Source: a virus
Taxonomy: Duplodnaviria; Caudoviricetes
Length of the DNA stretch: 54,344 bases
Virus record (IMG/VR): IMGVR_UViG_3300023184_000163
Location: 1-54,344 of that record
Reading direction: 5' to 3' (one strand)
Shown here: positions 9,543 to 18,352 of the stretch, one piece after another
Layout of the letters: the number at the start of each line of letters is the position of its first letter
How positions within the stretch are numbered: the first letter of the stretch is position 1
Program-made: the position numbers and the translations under genes
Notes under the pieces: model-generated
The model's input: only the letters and a program-made list of their open reading frames with translations
Databases searched by the model: none
What the model was told of the DNA's origin: nothing

Positions 9543-9962
9543 ATGAGTCAAGTACAATTAAATGTTGAAGAATTAAAAGGATTTATTAAGCATATGGTTG
9601 GTAACAACCAACATATTCAAAAGGAAGGTAAGGTTCCTGTAGCTATTAATATTGAAGGAGATGCAGGTCTTGGTAAAACTTCTGCTATTATGCAGTTAGG
9701 TAAAGAACTTGATATGCAAGTAGTAAAACTTAATTTATCTCAGTTAGAAGAATTAGGTGACTTAGTTGGTTTTCCTGTAAAAGAATTTGAAATAACAAAT
9801 GCTGAAGGTAAGACTACCTGGATTAATGAATCTCAGATAAATGCAGCTACTGCAAAAGGTTATAAAGTATCAGGAAAAAGAATGTCTCATGCTGCTCCTG
9901 AGTGGATTCAAGGCAAAGGTGAAGGTGGATTCTTGGTATTAGATGATTATACTCGTGCGGAT
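9543..9962 (+). CDS. MoxR-like AAA+ ATPase, exon 1
   Basis: Walker A GDAGLGKT, GDLVGFP, PEW and Walker B LVLDDYTRAD. The frame stops immediately after Walker B at the intron boundary. Confidence 0.9.
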
Positions 9963-10006
9963 TAACAAAATATGCAGTCTAATAGTGTTAGTGTAAATAA
10001 TTTAAT

Positions 10007-10014
10007 TATCTTTG
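10007..10014 (+). promoter_or_regulatory. Bacteroidota -7 promoter element for the intron endonuclease
   Basis: TATCTTTG (TAnnTTTG) ends 4 nt before the ATG at 10019. Confidence 0.55.
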
Positions 10015-10018
10015 TAAT

Positions 10019-10768
10019 ATGGAAAAATTAAATACACAAACTCTTAAGACAGCATTAAAGAGTATAGGAATCTACAAAATTAAAATTAATGATAAAGAGT
10101 ACATTGGTAGCTCTTGTAATATTGGTCATAGGTTAAAACACCATTTGTGGTCTCTTGAAAATTTAAAACATCATAACAGAACAATGCAAAACTTATATAA
10201 TAAGTATGGTAAAGAAGAAATTTATTTTACTGTTATAGAAGAATGTTCTGATGATATTTTAATAGAAAGAGAAGCTTGCTACATTAGCACACTTAATCCC
10301 TATATAAATCATATACTAGATCCACAAACTCTAGTTAGGGATGATGTATGTAAACAAAGAATGAGTGAAGCTAAGAAAAAATCTTATGCTAATGGTTTAA
10401 AACCTCCTAACCGTAAAGCAGTACATAAGTACTCACTTGATAAAGGTGATTACTTAGAAAGCTTTGAATCTATTACAGCTGCTGCTAGGTCTATTAATGC
10501 TAAAAGCATTAGTGGTATAAGAGATTCTTGTATGAAAAAAGTTTTTTCTGCAGGAGGATTTATATGGTCTTTTACTTATAATATAAAAATATTACATAGA
10601 CCAAAACAATATAAGCTAGAACCAATATTACAATATACTGATGATAATATTTTTATCAAAAAATGGGAGTCTATAACTCAAGCAACTAAAGAACTTAGTG
10701 TCTCTAATATTAGTAGAGCAATAGCTAAAGATCTAACTGCTGGTGGTTATAGGTGGAAAAAAGCATAA
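10019..10768 (+). CDS. Intron-encoded GIY-YIG homing endonuclease with NUMOD-type DNA-binding repeats
   Basis: GIYKIKINDKEYIG...R...E...N catalytic domain, KQRMSEAKK segment, and two NUMOD1-like repeats (FESITAAAR...AGGFIW; WESITQATK...AGGYRW). Confidence 0.93.
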   Translation: MEKLNTQTLKTALKSIGIYKIKINDKEYIGSSCNIGHRLKHHLWSLENLKHHNRTMQNLYNKYGKEEIYFTVIEECSDDILIEREACYISTLNPYINHILDPQTLVRDDVCKQRMSEAKKKSYANGLKPPNRKAVHKYSLDKGDYLESFESITAAARSINAKSISGIRDSCMKKVFSAGGFIWSFTYNIKILHRPKQYKLEPILQYTDDNIFIKKWESITQATKELSVSNISRAIAKDLTAGGYRWKKA

Positions 10769-11010
10769 AGCGGGTGGTCCGCAATAAATTCTGTGAATTC
10801 AGGGAAACTCCAGAGATGGACAATCCTGAGCCAAGCATTACAGGGATGTAATGAAGGTGCAACGACTAGTATATGGAGCCTAGAACAGGCAGTAAAATAC
10901 CAAGAGCGCAGAACACATAGAAATATGTGATGATATAGTCTGACCTGTAGATATAATCTAAAAAAAACTACAGAATCATAGGATAAAGAGCCTATGAGTT
11001 AACAATAATG

Positions 11011-11760
11011 CACCGCTTTATGCAAGCAACAATGGAGATCTTAGATAGACAAGAATATGTTTCTTGGAAACTTCCTAAGAACTGGCATGTAATCTTAACT
11101 ACTAATCCAGACAATGGTGACTATAATGTTACTAGTCTTGATGTAGCTCAGAAAACAAGATTTATCTCATGTGAGCTTAAATATGATGTAAAAGTATGGG
11201 CTAAGTGGGCTGAGACCGCAAATATTGATGGTAGATGTATAAATTTTATGTTAATGCATCCTGAATTAGTTACACAAAAGATTAATCCAAGATCAGTAAC
11301 TACATTCTTTAATGCTATTAGTTCTATTGATAAGTTTGAACAAGAATTACCTTTAATCCAAATGATTGGTGAAGGTTCAGTTGGTCCAGACTTTAGTTCT
11401 ATGTTTACTATGTTTATTAATAATAAATTAGATAAGATTATTTCTCCGGAAGATATCTTAACTAAAGATGAAGCATATGTAATGGGAGCATTAGATGGTG
11501 CTGTAGGTAAAGATGATGATTTTAGAGCAGACTTGTCTAGTATTATTGCTACCAGAGTAATAAATTATTCATTAGTTTATTCTGAGAAAAATACAATTAC
11601 AGATGCATTTACTAATAGACTAATTAAACTTACTACAGATTGTAATGCATTTACTGATGACCTTAGATATTATATGATTAAGGAAATTGTAAATGGAAAT
11701 AAACTTAAGTTTAGTAAGTTGATGATGAACAGTGATGTTGTAAAAATGGCTGTAAAATAA
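11011..11760 (+). CDS. MoxR-like AAA+ ATPase, exon 2
   Basis: HRFMQATME...WKLPKNWHVILTTNP...LDVAQKTRF...NPRS (sensor I, Arg finger, sensor II). Spliced product is 389 aa. The track's ATG at 11008 uses the intron's terminal G. Confidence 0.9.
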   Translation, partial: HRFMQATMEILDRQEYVSWKLPKNWHVILTTNPDNGDYNVTSLDVAQKTRFISCELKYDVKVWAKWAETANIDGRCINFMLMHPELVTQKINPRSVTTFFNAISSIDKFEQELPLIQMIGEGSVGPDFSSMFTMFINNKLDKIISPEDILTKDEAYVMGALDGAVGKDDDFRADLSSIIATRVINYSLVYSEKNTITDAFTNRLIKLTTDCNAFTDDLRYYMIKEIVNGNKLKFSKLMMNSDVVKMAVK

Positions 11761-11776
11761 ATTAATTATTAATCAT

Positions 11777-11805
11777 AATAAGGGAGGGTAAAACTTCCCT
11801 TATTT
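11777..11805 (+). terminator. Probable intrinsic terminator
   Basis: AATAAGGGAGG-GTAAAA-CTTCCCTTATT hairpin after the ATPase gene; short T tract. Confidence 0.7.
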
Positions 11806-11816
11806 AATACAAAAAA

Positions 11817-13091
11817 ATGGCATATTTATATTTAAATTTTGAATACACATATTCAGATACAACATTAGATAATGTTGATGTAAGAATTGAAACTACAAAT
11901 TATTTTGACCCAAGTACTGATGCTTTTAATATTGTTAAAAATGAATATATTCCTATGAAAGGAGATAAACTTTATTTTTTACCTGGAGTTAATATTCCTA
12001 GAATAAAACTTAAAGATTTGGCTACTAAATTTGGTATCCGTACAGTAAGAGATGTAAATGAAGCAACTATAATATTTGGTTCATCAAAAACAAAAGATAA
12101 AATGACAGGTTCTTCATGGAAATATAAAATTCCAACACCTCTTGTACAATTATTTTTTGAAACATATAAAAATGATATGGATGATTATCAATTTAGTAAA
12201 ATAGATAATGCATTAGAATTTTATACAGAAGAATATATTTTAACTGATTGGTCTACTGCAAGAAATTTTACAGATACTGATTGTCCACAATTTAATAGTT
12301 ATTCTTTACAACCAGCATACTTAGATTATGTAAATAACAAAAAAAGTAGTTCTGAATATGTTTATGATGTAACTACAGAATATCTAAGTATTTTTAATAG
12401 TCTTAAAGATAGAGAAATTATAGATGAATCTTGTTTATTAGATCAACTTAATGGTGATGATGCTATTATAATTGATGCTGATATGTTTACACAATTATCT
12501 ACAATGTTTAATAGTTCAGATGATGATAATCATATTCTTGCTATGGAGATACTAGCTAATTCTAAGTATAAAGAAAGTTTATTATATATTGAAATGATAT
12601 TTAAAAATCATTCATATTCAATAGGAAATTGTCATACTAAAAATCATGTTAATTTTAAATCTTTATTAAGTTATTTAGGTAAAAGTAATAGATATATTGA
12701 CACTAGTTTAGATGATATAATGGAATCTTTGATATCTAAAAAAGTTTTAACTAAGGATAAAATAAACATATTACTTGAAAATTATGGTCATGAAATAAAT
12801 AATAGAGGAGACTCAACTTACTTTAAAGTGCAGACAATAACAGTAAATGAAGATACTCTAAGTTTATTAAATGAAAATTATAATTATAAAGTTATTAAAG
12901 ACTATGAGCCTTTAATTGTTGAAAACTTAGAAGAAGAAGAATTAGATGAAGTTATAGAAGATGAATTAATAAATGAAATTGTTAATGAACCTATAGAAAT
13001 TGAAATAATAATTGAAGAGGAAAAAGAATTACTAATATTAACAGAATCTAAAACAAAATCTAATGAATCTACAGATATCGACTGGTTCTAA
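11817..13091 (+). CDS. Hypothetical protein with possible BRCT-like N-terminal segment and acidic tail
   Basis: KLYFLPGVNIPRIKLKDLATKFGIRTVRDVNEATIIF resembles the BRCT beta1-alpha1-beta2-beta3 pattern. The Glu-rich C-terminus ends in DIDWF. Confidence 0.6.
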   Translation: MAYLYLNFEYTYSDTTLDNVDVRIETTNYFDPSTDAFNIVKNEYIPMKGDKLYFLPGVNIPRIKLKDLATKFGIRTVRDVNEATIIFGSSKTKDKMTGSSWKYKIPTPLVQLFFETYKNDMDDYQFSKIDNALEFYTEEYILTDWSTARNFTDTDCPQFNSYSLQPAYLDYVNNKKSSSEYVYDVTTEYLSIFNSLKDREIIDESCLLDQLNGDDAIIIDADMFTQLSTMFNSSDDDNHILAMEILANSKYKESLLYIEMIFKNHSYSIGNCHTKNHVNFKSLLSYLGKSNRYIDTSLDDIMESLISKKVLTKDKINILLENYGHEINNRGDSTYFKVQTITVNEDTLSLLNENYNYKVIKDYEPLIVENLEEEELDEVIEDELINEIVNEPIEIEIIIEEEKELLILTESKTKSNESTDIDWF

Positions 13092-14073
13092 TGAACTAGA
13101 TAACTTTTATAAAAAAGAATTTAATTTTAGTTATAGTAGTATAAATAAATTATTATTTTCACCAAGAATGTTTTACAATCATTATGTTTTAAAGGAGAAG
13201 GAAGACAGTACAGACTCTCACCTAGTAATAGGGAGGGTCTTACACTGTTTATTATTAGAGCCTGCAAATTTTGATAATCAGTTTGCAGTAATGACTAGTA
13301 AGATTCCAAGTGAAAACAATAAAAAAATAATTGATAATATTTTTAAAAATTATTTGGTAAATCAAAATAATACACTAACTTTGGAAGACTATTCCAAAGA
13401 CATACTTACACATCTACTTACAATTAACTTACATCAATCTTTAAAAACAGATCAACAAAGACTTGATAAAATTCTTACTGATGAAAACAATGAGTATTTT
13501 GAATTTTTAAAACTAAGCTTAGGAAAAACAGTAATTGATCAAATAATTTTAGATAACTGTAAAAAAAGTTTAGATGTTATAAAAGCTAATGATGATGTTA
13601 GAGCTTTATTGCAACTTGATAAAATTCAAGAAGATGATGAGATAGAAGTATACAATGAATTAATTGTATCTATGTCTGATAAAAATTTACCATTTGGTTT
13701 CAAAGGAGTTTTAGATAATGTTGTTGTTGATTATAACTCAAAAACTATATTTATAAATGACTTAAAGACATCAGGTAAGTCTATACAAGATTTTCCAGAA
13801 TCTGTTGATTATTACAAGTATTGGATACAAGGTACCATATATGTAATGTTAGCTTCTGAAAAGTTTTTAAAAGACAAACAAGATTGGAATGTTCAACTTA
13901 CATTTATTGTAATTGACAAGTATAATCAAGTTTACCCATATCAAGTGTCTTCAGAAAGTCTAAGCAAATGGAAAATTGATTTTGAAAAAATAGTGACACA
14001 GATTAGATGGCACTATGATAATAAACAATATGATCTTCCATATGATTTAGCATTAGGTAATGTAAAATTATAA
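13063..14073 (+). CDS. PD-(D/E)xK exonuclease (RecE/Cas4-like)
   Basis: FSYSSIN, GRVLHCLLLE, KGVLD, INDLKT and YxYWIQxxIY motifs. Confidence 0.87.
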   Translation: MNLQISTGSNELDNFYKKEFNFSYSSINKLLFSPRMFYNHYVLKEKEDSTDSHLVIGRVLHCLLLEPANFDNQFAVMTSKIPSENNKKIIDNIFKNYLVNQNNTLTLEDYSKDILTHLLTINLHQSLKTDQQRLDKILTDENNEYFEFLKLSLGKTVIDQIILDNCKKSLDVIKANDDVRALLQLDKIQEDDEIEVYNELIVSMSDKNLPFGFKGVLDNVVVDYNSKTIFINDLKTSGKSIQDFPESVDYYKYWIQGTIYVMLASEKFLKDKQDWNVQLTFIVIDKYNQVYPYQVSSESLSKWKIDFEKIVTQIRWHYDNKQYDLPYDLALGNVKL

Positions 14074-14076
14074 TAT

Positions 14077-14643
14077 ATGGCAGTAAAAGCAGTTTACAAA
14101 AAGTATTTCCAAAAATCTAAGGTTTTTTTATATCCACTTTTATTAATAAAGAAAGGTGCTAAATATATACCATCAGAAACTTATTTAAGTTTAAATGATG
14201 TAATTAAACCTGAAGATAAAAAATTAGTTTGTAAGTATCCGGTAAGTAAAACGGATGATTATAAATTATTTGAAAAAAATGTTTTATTAAAACATACAAG
14301 AATATATGATTACATTAAAATTGATGAATCAAATGCTATAATAATATTTGATTTTTCTGATTTAGAAGAAGATTGGAATATGTTTATTAAAGGTAAATAT
14401 AGTAAAATAAGTAACAAATCAAAAAATTTAATATTAAACTTTTTTGATAAAAATAGTGGTAATTATAAATATATTGAAGGTTATTTATTTCCTGATGCTC
14501 ATTTTAATAATTATGCTGAACTTTTAAATGTAGACTTTGAACTATTAGAAAAAGTAGGAGAATTATGTGATAAACCTGATTTAGAAAAAGAAACTTTAAC
14601 AATTCTAATAAATAATTTAACAGAATTAAAAGTTTTAAAATAA
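14077..14643 (+). CDS. Hypothetical protein
   Basis: 188-aa ORF in the operon; contains FLYPLL and FIKGKYSKIS; no function recognised. Confidence 0.75.
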   Translation: MAVKAVYKKYFQKSKVFLYPLLLIKKGAKYIPSETYLSLNDVIKPEDKKLVCKYPVSKTDDYKLFEKNVLLKHTRIYDYIKIDESNAIIIFDFSDLEEDWNMFIKGKYSKISNKSKNLILNFFDKNSGNYKYIEGYLFPDAHFNNYAELLNVDFELLEKVGELCDKPDLEKETLTILINNLTELKVLK

Positions 14644-14673
14644 TTTATATTAACTTTATAAAAAATTAAAAAA

Positions 14674-15075
14674 ATGACAGAAAAAACAATGATGTTAGTC
14701 CAATCAAGTTGGCAAGAAAAACAAACATTTAGAATGATTCCAATAGCTGATTCATGTCCTTATGTTGAATGTATTATGGATCCAGAAACAAAAGTATTTG
14801 TGGTGATCTCTAAAATTACTAAACAAAGTTTACACATGTTACCAAGAATGGATGACAATGGAGATCCAATGTTTACTAAAACTACAAGACCAAATGGTAG
14901 ACAAATTAAAGAAGAACGTCATAAAATTGAAGTATTTCAAGAATTTTATATTGAAGACAAGATAGCTATTAAAGATTTAATACATCTTTTTGCTGTTAAT
15001 GCTAAAACATTTGATTATGAAGCATTTATGATTAAAACTGAAGTAGAAGAAGAATTACCTGTAGCAGGAGTTTAA
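14674..15075 (+). CDS. Hypothetical protein
   Basis: 133-aa ORF with an A-rich leader, followed by a terminator. Confidence 0.75.
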   Translation: MTEKTMMLVQSSWQEKQTFRMIPIADSCPYVECIMDPETKVFVVISKITKQSLHMLPRMDDNGDPMFTKTTRPNGRQIKEERHKIEVFQEFYIEDKIAIKDLIHLFAVNAKTFDYEAFMIKTEVEEELPVAGV

Positions 15076-15092
15076 ATTAAAAAACTAAAGTG

Positions 15093-15123
15093 AAGGGTGG
15101 ATATTATTGTTCACCCTTTTTTT
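15093..15123 (+). terminator. Intrinsic terminator
   Basis: AAGGGTGGATA-TTAT-TGTTCACCCTT followed by a T run. Confidence 0.82.
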
Positions 15124-15163
15124 ATTAACTAAATGGGGAAACAGCTTAACTGAATAATAGCCT

Positions 15164-17062
15164 ATGAGAACACATTGGGTAATGGATTATGAGACTTTAT
15201 CAAACTGCTTCCTTGGAGTGTTTGAGTCTGTAAATTCTGAAGAACAACAAATCTTTGTTGTACATGAATCAAAAAATGATCTAGTAGAACTTTTAGCATT
15301 CTTAGAAAGAAATGTTTCTTTTGATGAGTGGCATGTATCCTTTAATGGATTAAGTTTTGACAGTCAGATTACTGAATACATAATAAGAAATAAATATGAG
15401 TTATTAAGTGAAACTGCAGAAACTGTTGCAAAATTTATTTATGCAAAAGCACAAGCAATAATAACTAATCAAAATGAAAATAGATTTTCTGAATTTAGTC
15501 CTAAAGATTTACATATAAAACAAATAGATGTTTTTAAATTAAATCATTGGGATAATCCAGCAAAAAGAAGTTCATTGAAATGGATACAGTATACTATGGA
15601 TTGGCTAAACATAAAAGATATGCCAATACACCATGCTAGTAGTATCACAGAAGACCAAATAGAAAGTATAATAAGTTACTGTATAAATGATGTTAAGTCT
15701 ACAAAGGCCATAATGCATTTAAGTAAGGAACAGATTGCTCTTAGAAAAACTTTAACAGAAGAATATAATATTAATTTATTTAGTGCTTCAGAACCAAGGA
15801 TATCTAAAGAGTTGTTTTTGCATTTCTTACATAAGCATACTGGTATACCAAAGTGGGATCTTAAAAATATGAGAACTAGTAGACCAAAGATAGTTGTTAA
15901 AGATATTATACTACCTTATATAGAATTTAAAACAGCAAGTTTTCAAAATCTTCTTAGAAAATTTCAGGACGTAGTTTTATATCCAGGAGAAACTAAAGGA
16001 GGATTTAAATACTCTGTTAATTATAAAAGTGTTAAAACTGATTTTGGTTTAGGTGGTGTGCACGGTGCTAGAACTAGCAAAGTATATAACTCTACTGAAG
16101 ATACTGTAATTATGACATCAGATGTTACTAGTTTCTATCCAAATTTAGCAATTAGAAACAAATGGTCTCCTGCTCATTTACCAAGAGAAGAATTTTGTAA
16201 CCTGTATGAATGGTTCTTTGAGGAAAGAAAAAAGATTCCTAAGAAAGATCCTAAGAATTATGTATATAAGATTATATTAAACTCTACTTATGGGCTCAGT
16301 AATGATGTTAATAGTTTTTTATATGATCCTGAGTTTACTATGAGGATTACTATTAATGGTCAGCTTAGTCTTACTATGTTATATGAGATGATATGTGAAG
16401 GGATTCCCGAAGCTATTCCTATAATGCAAAATACTGATGGTTTAGAGACTATAATACCAAAAGATAAAGTAGATAAGTATAAGGAAATATGTGCTGAGTG
16501 GGAAAAAATAACAATGTTAGAACTAGAACATGATACTTATACTAAAATTGTTTTAGGTGATGTAAATAACTATATTGCAGTTACAGCAGATGGAAAGTCT
16601 AAATGTAAAGGTAGATTTGAGTTTAAGGATTTAGCTCTTCATAAAAATAAAAGTTTCTTAATTATACCAATAGCTCTTCATGAGTTCTTTGTAAATGGTG
16701 TTGAACCTATAGATACAATTAAAGCCAACAAAAACATATTTGATTTTTGTGGTGGTGTAAAAATAAAAGGAGATTGGAATTTTTGGGAACATGTGATTAA
16801 AGATGGAGACTACAGTGTAAATGAAATACAACACACTATTAGATATTATATGTCTAATGGGGGAAGTAAAATTGTTAAGAAAAATAATACAGATAATAGA
16901 GAGATACAAATAGAAGCTGGAAAGTGGATGCAAAGTATCTTTATAAATTATGAAGAAAAAGAATTTTCTGATTATGATATTAACTATGATTACTACATAC
17001 AAAAAGTAAAAAAAGAAATAGAAGGGCTTTTGCCTAATAGAAACCAATTAAGTTTATTTTAA
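15164..17062 (+). CDS. polB: Family B DNA polymerase with 3'-5' exonuclease
   Basis: Exo I DYET, Exo II FNGLSFD, Exo III YCIND; polymerase motifs SDVTSFYPN, KIILNSTYG, NTDG and KCKG. Confidence 0.95.
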   Translation: MRTHWVMDYETLSNCFLGVFESVNSEEQQIFVVHESKNDLVELLAFLERNVSFDEWHVSFNGLSFDSQITEYIIRNKYELLSETAETVAKFIYAKAQAIITNQNENRFSEFSPKDLHIKQIDVFKLNHWDNPAKRSSLKWIQYTMDWLNIKDMPIHHASSITEDQIESIISYCINDVKSTKAIMHLSKEQIALRKTLTEEYNINLFSASEPRISKELFLHFLHKHTGIPKWDLKNMRTSRPKIVVKDIILPYIEFKTASFQNLLRKFQDVVLYPGETKGGFKYSVNYKSVKTDFGLGGVHGARTSKVYNSTEDTVIMTSDVTSFYPNLAIRNKWSPAHLPREEFCNLYEWFFEERKKIPKKDPKNYVYKIILNSTYGLSNDVNSFLYDPEFTMRITINGQLSLTMLYEMICEGIPEAIPIMQNTDGLETIIPKDKVDKYKEICAEWEKITMLELEHDTYTKIVLGDVNNYIAVTADGKSKCKGRFEFKDLALHKNKSFLIIPIALHEFFVNGVEPIDTIKANKNIFDFCGGVKIKGDWNFWEHVIKDGDYSVNEIQHTIRYYMSNGGSKIVKKNNTDNREIQIEAGKWMQSIFINYEEKEFSDYDINYDYYIQKVKKEIEGLLPNRNQLSLF

Positions 17063-17063
17063 T

Positions 17064-18281
17064 ATGCCAAAGAAAATTAAAGATTGCACATGGGATTACC
17101 TAACAGGAATTCCTTTACCGGTACATGCTGATACATATACAGTTATTAGTCATGAAAATGTAATGGATTACACAAAAACAGCATTAATTAATGCAGGTTT
17201 TACAATTGAAAGAGAAGAATATAGAGCAACTGCTGATGGGCAGATTGCTCAAGGAGTTTATAGATTACACTATGGAACTGACCAAGAGTTATCAATGATG
17301 CTTGCATGGACTAATAGTTATAACAAACAAGTAAGGTTTAAGTGTGGTGTTGGTGCTTATATAAATACTAACGGCACTGTGATGGTATGTGGAGAAATGG
17401 GTAACTGGGCAAGAAAACATACAGGAACAGCTGACACAGAAACAATAGCTACAATTACTGATCAAGTAAGTAATGCTCATATGTATTATAATCAATTAGT
17501 ATCTGATAAAAATGTTATGCAAACTATTAGCATGACTAAAAGAAAACAAGCACAGTTATTAGGGATATTATTTGCTGAATATCAAATACTTACTACTGAA
17601 CAAGCTAGTATAGTAAGACAACAGATGGATAAACCAAGTTATGTGTTTGCAGATAATAATAGTCTATGGGCATTCTATAACTATGTTACTTTAGCTTTAC
17701 AGCAGTCACATCCTAAAACATGGATGGAAGATCAAAGAATATTACATTATTTTATTAATTCTGTAAATAATTTTCCAGTGTGCAGTCAACCTGCACAGAT
17801 CCCTGAAGATGAAGTTATAGTTACTGAAGACACTGAAGTTAATTTTATTTTTAAAGATATAATAGATGCAATTGATCCTAATCAGATTAGTTTGTTAGAC
17901 CAGATTGCTGACATGGAGGCTGACATGATGGATGAAGATATTAGATATGCTGCAAATAATGAAGAAGAAGTTATAGATGAAATAGAAGTAGAAGAACTTA
18001 CTCTACAACAACCTGAAGAATCTATATTGCAATATACCGATAGAGATGGTAATACATTTGAGTCTATAGAATTTCATAATGCAGCTGTAGAATCTTCATT
18101 AGAACCTACACCAGAAGAACATGAGTTGTATGAAGCTGATTTAAATACATTAGAAACAATTGTAGAAGAAATTACTTTACCTAAACCTAAAGTTCAAGCA
18201 GGAGCTGATTTTGATTTAGATTTTAGTATTTCTAATACAGAAAGTAATAAAGAAGAAGACACTATGTCTGACTTTTTTTAA
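17064..18281 (+). CDS. DUF932-like protein with a long acidic C-terminal extension
   Basis: YTVISH, NSYNKQ...G...NG, RKHTG and SLWAFYNYVT patterns of DUF932-type phage proteins. The last ~160 aa are strongly Asp/Glu-rich. Confidence 0.68.
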   Translation: MPKKIKDCTWDYLTGIPLPVHADTYTVISHENVMDYTKTALINAGFTIEREEYRATADGQIAQGVYRLHYGTDQELSMMLAWTNSYNKQVRFKCGVGAYINTNGTVMVCGEMGNWARKHTGTADTETIATITDQVSNAHMYYNQLVSDKNVMQTISMTKRKQAQLLGILFAEYQILTTEQASIVRQQMDKPSYVFADNNSLWAFYNYVTLALQQSHPKTWMEDQRILHYFINSVNNFPVCSQPAQIPEDEVIVTEDTEVNFIFKDIIDAIDPNQISLLDQIADMEADMMDEDIRYAANNEEEVIDEIEVEELTLQQPEESILQYTDRDGNTFESIEFHNAAVESSLEPTPEEHELYEADLNTLETIVEEITLPKPKVQAGADFDLDFSISNTESNKEEDTMSDFF

Positions 18282-18318
18282 GAACCTGTTTAACAGGATT
18301 AATGTTTATTATCAAACT

Positions 18319-18352
18319 AGGGAAGAGCAGAAATGCTTTTCCCTTTTTTTTT
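18319..18352 (+). terminator. Terminator at the convergence of the two gene blocks
   Basis: AGGGAAGAGCA-GAAA-TGCTTTTCCCT plus a T run that abuts the stop codon of the opposing giant gene. Confidence 0.88.

Larger units (their letters stand above)
9963..11010 (+). mobile_element. Group I self-splicing intron with homing endonuclease ORF
   Basis: Exon 1 ends in U and the intron ends in G. P1: exon GCGGAU pairs with GUCCGC (10777-10782) including the U.G pair. P10: AAAGCGGGTG (10767-10776) pairs with exon 2 CACCGCTTT. Core: P3 TTCTGTG/CGCAGAA, P AATTCAGGGAAA, Q AATCCTGAGC, R GCAACGACTA, S GATATAGTCT, plus P8/P9 hairpins. Removal restores the reading frame. Confidence 0.95.

Noticed and set aside
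11008-11760. Independent 250-aa gene starting at ATG 11008
   Set aside because: It is the second half of the AAA+ domain; the G of this ATG is the intron's terminal G.
13063-14073. Cas4-like nuclease as evidence of a CRISPR system
   Set aside because: No four-Cys Fe-S cluster motif, no cas genes and no array; it fits an ordinary phage recombination exonuclease.
2272-17495. Short antisense or alternate-frame ORFs (2272, 2651, 6068, 8718, 8749, 16658, 17292)
   Set aside because: They lie within well-supported genes and have the Phe/Ile-rich composition expected from shadow frames of AT-rich coding DNA.
15136-18298. Tiny hairpins CAG-CTTAA-CTG before polB and CCTGT-TTA-ACAGG after the DUF932-like gene as N4-style hairpin promoters
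   Set aside because: Stems are only 3-5 bp, the sequences differ, and one lies at the end of a transcription unit; chance occurrence cannot be excluded.
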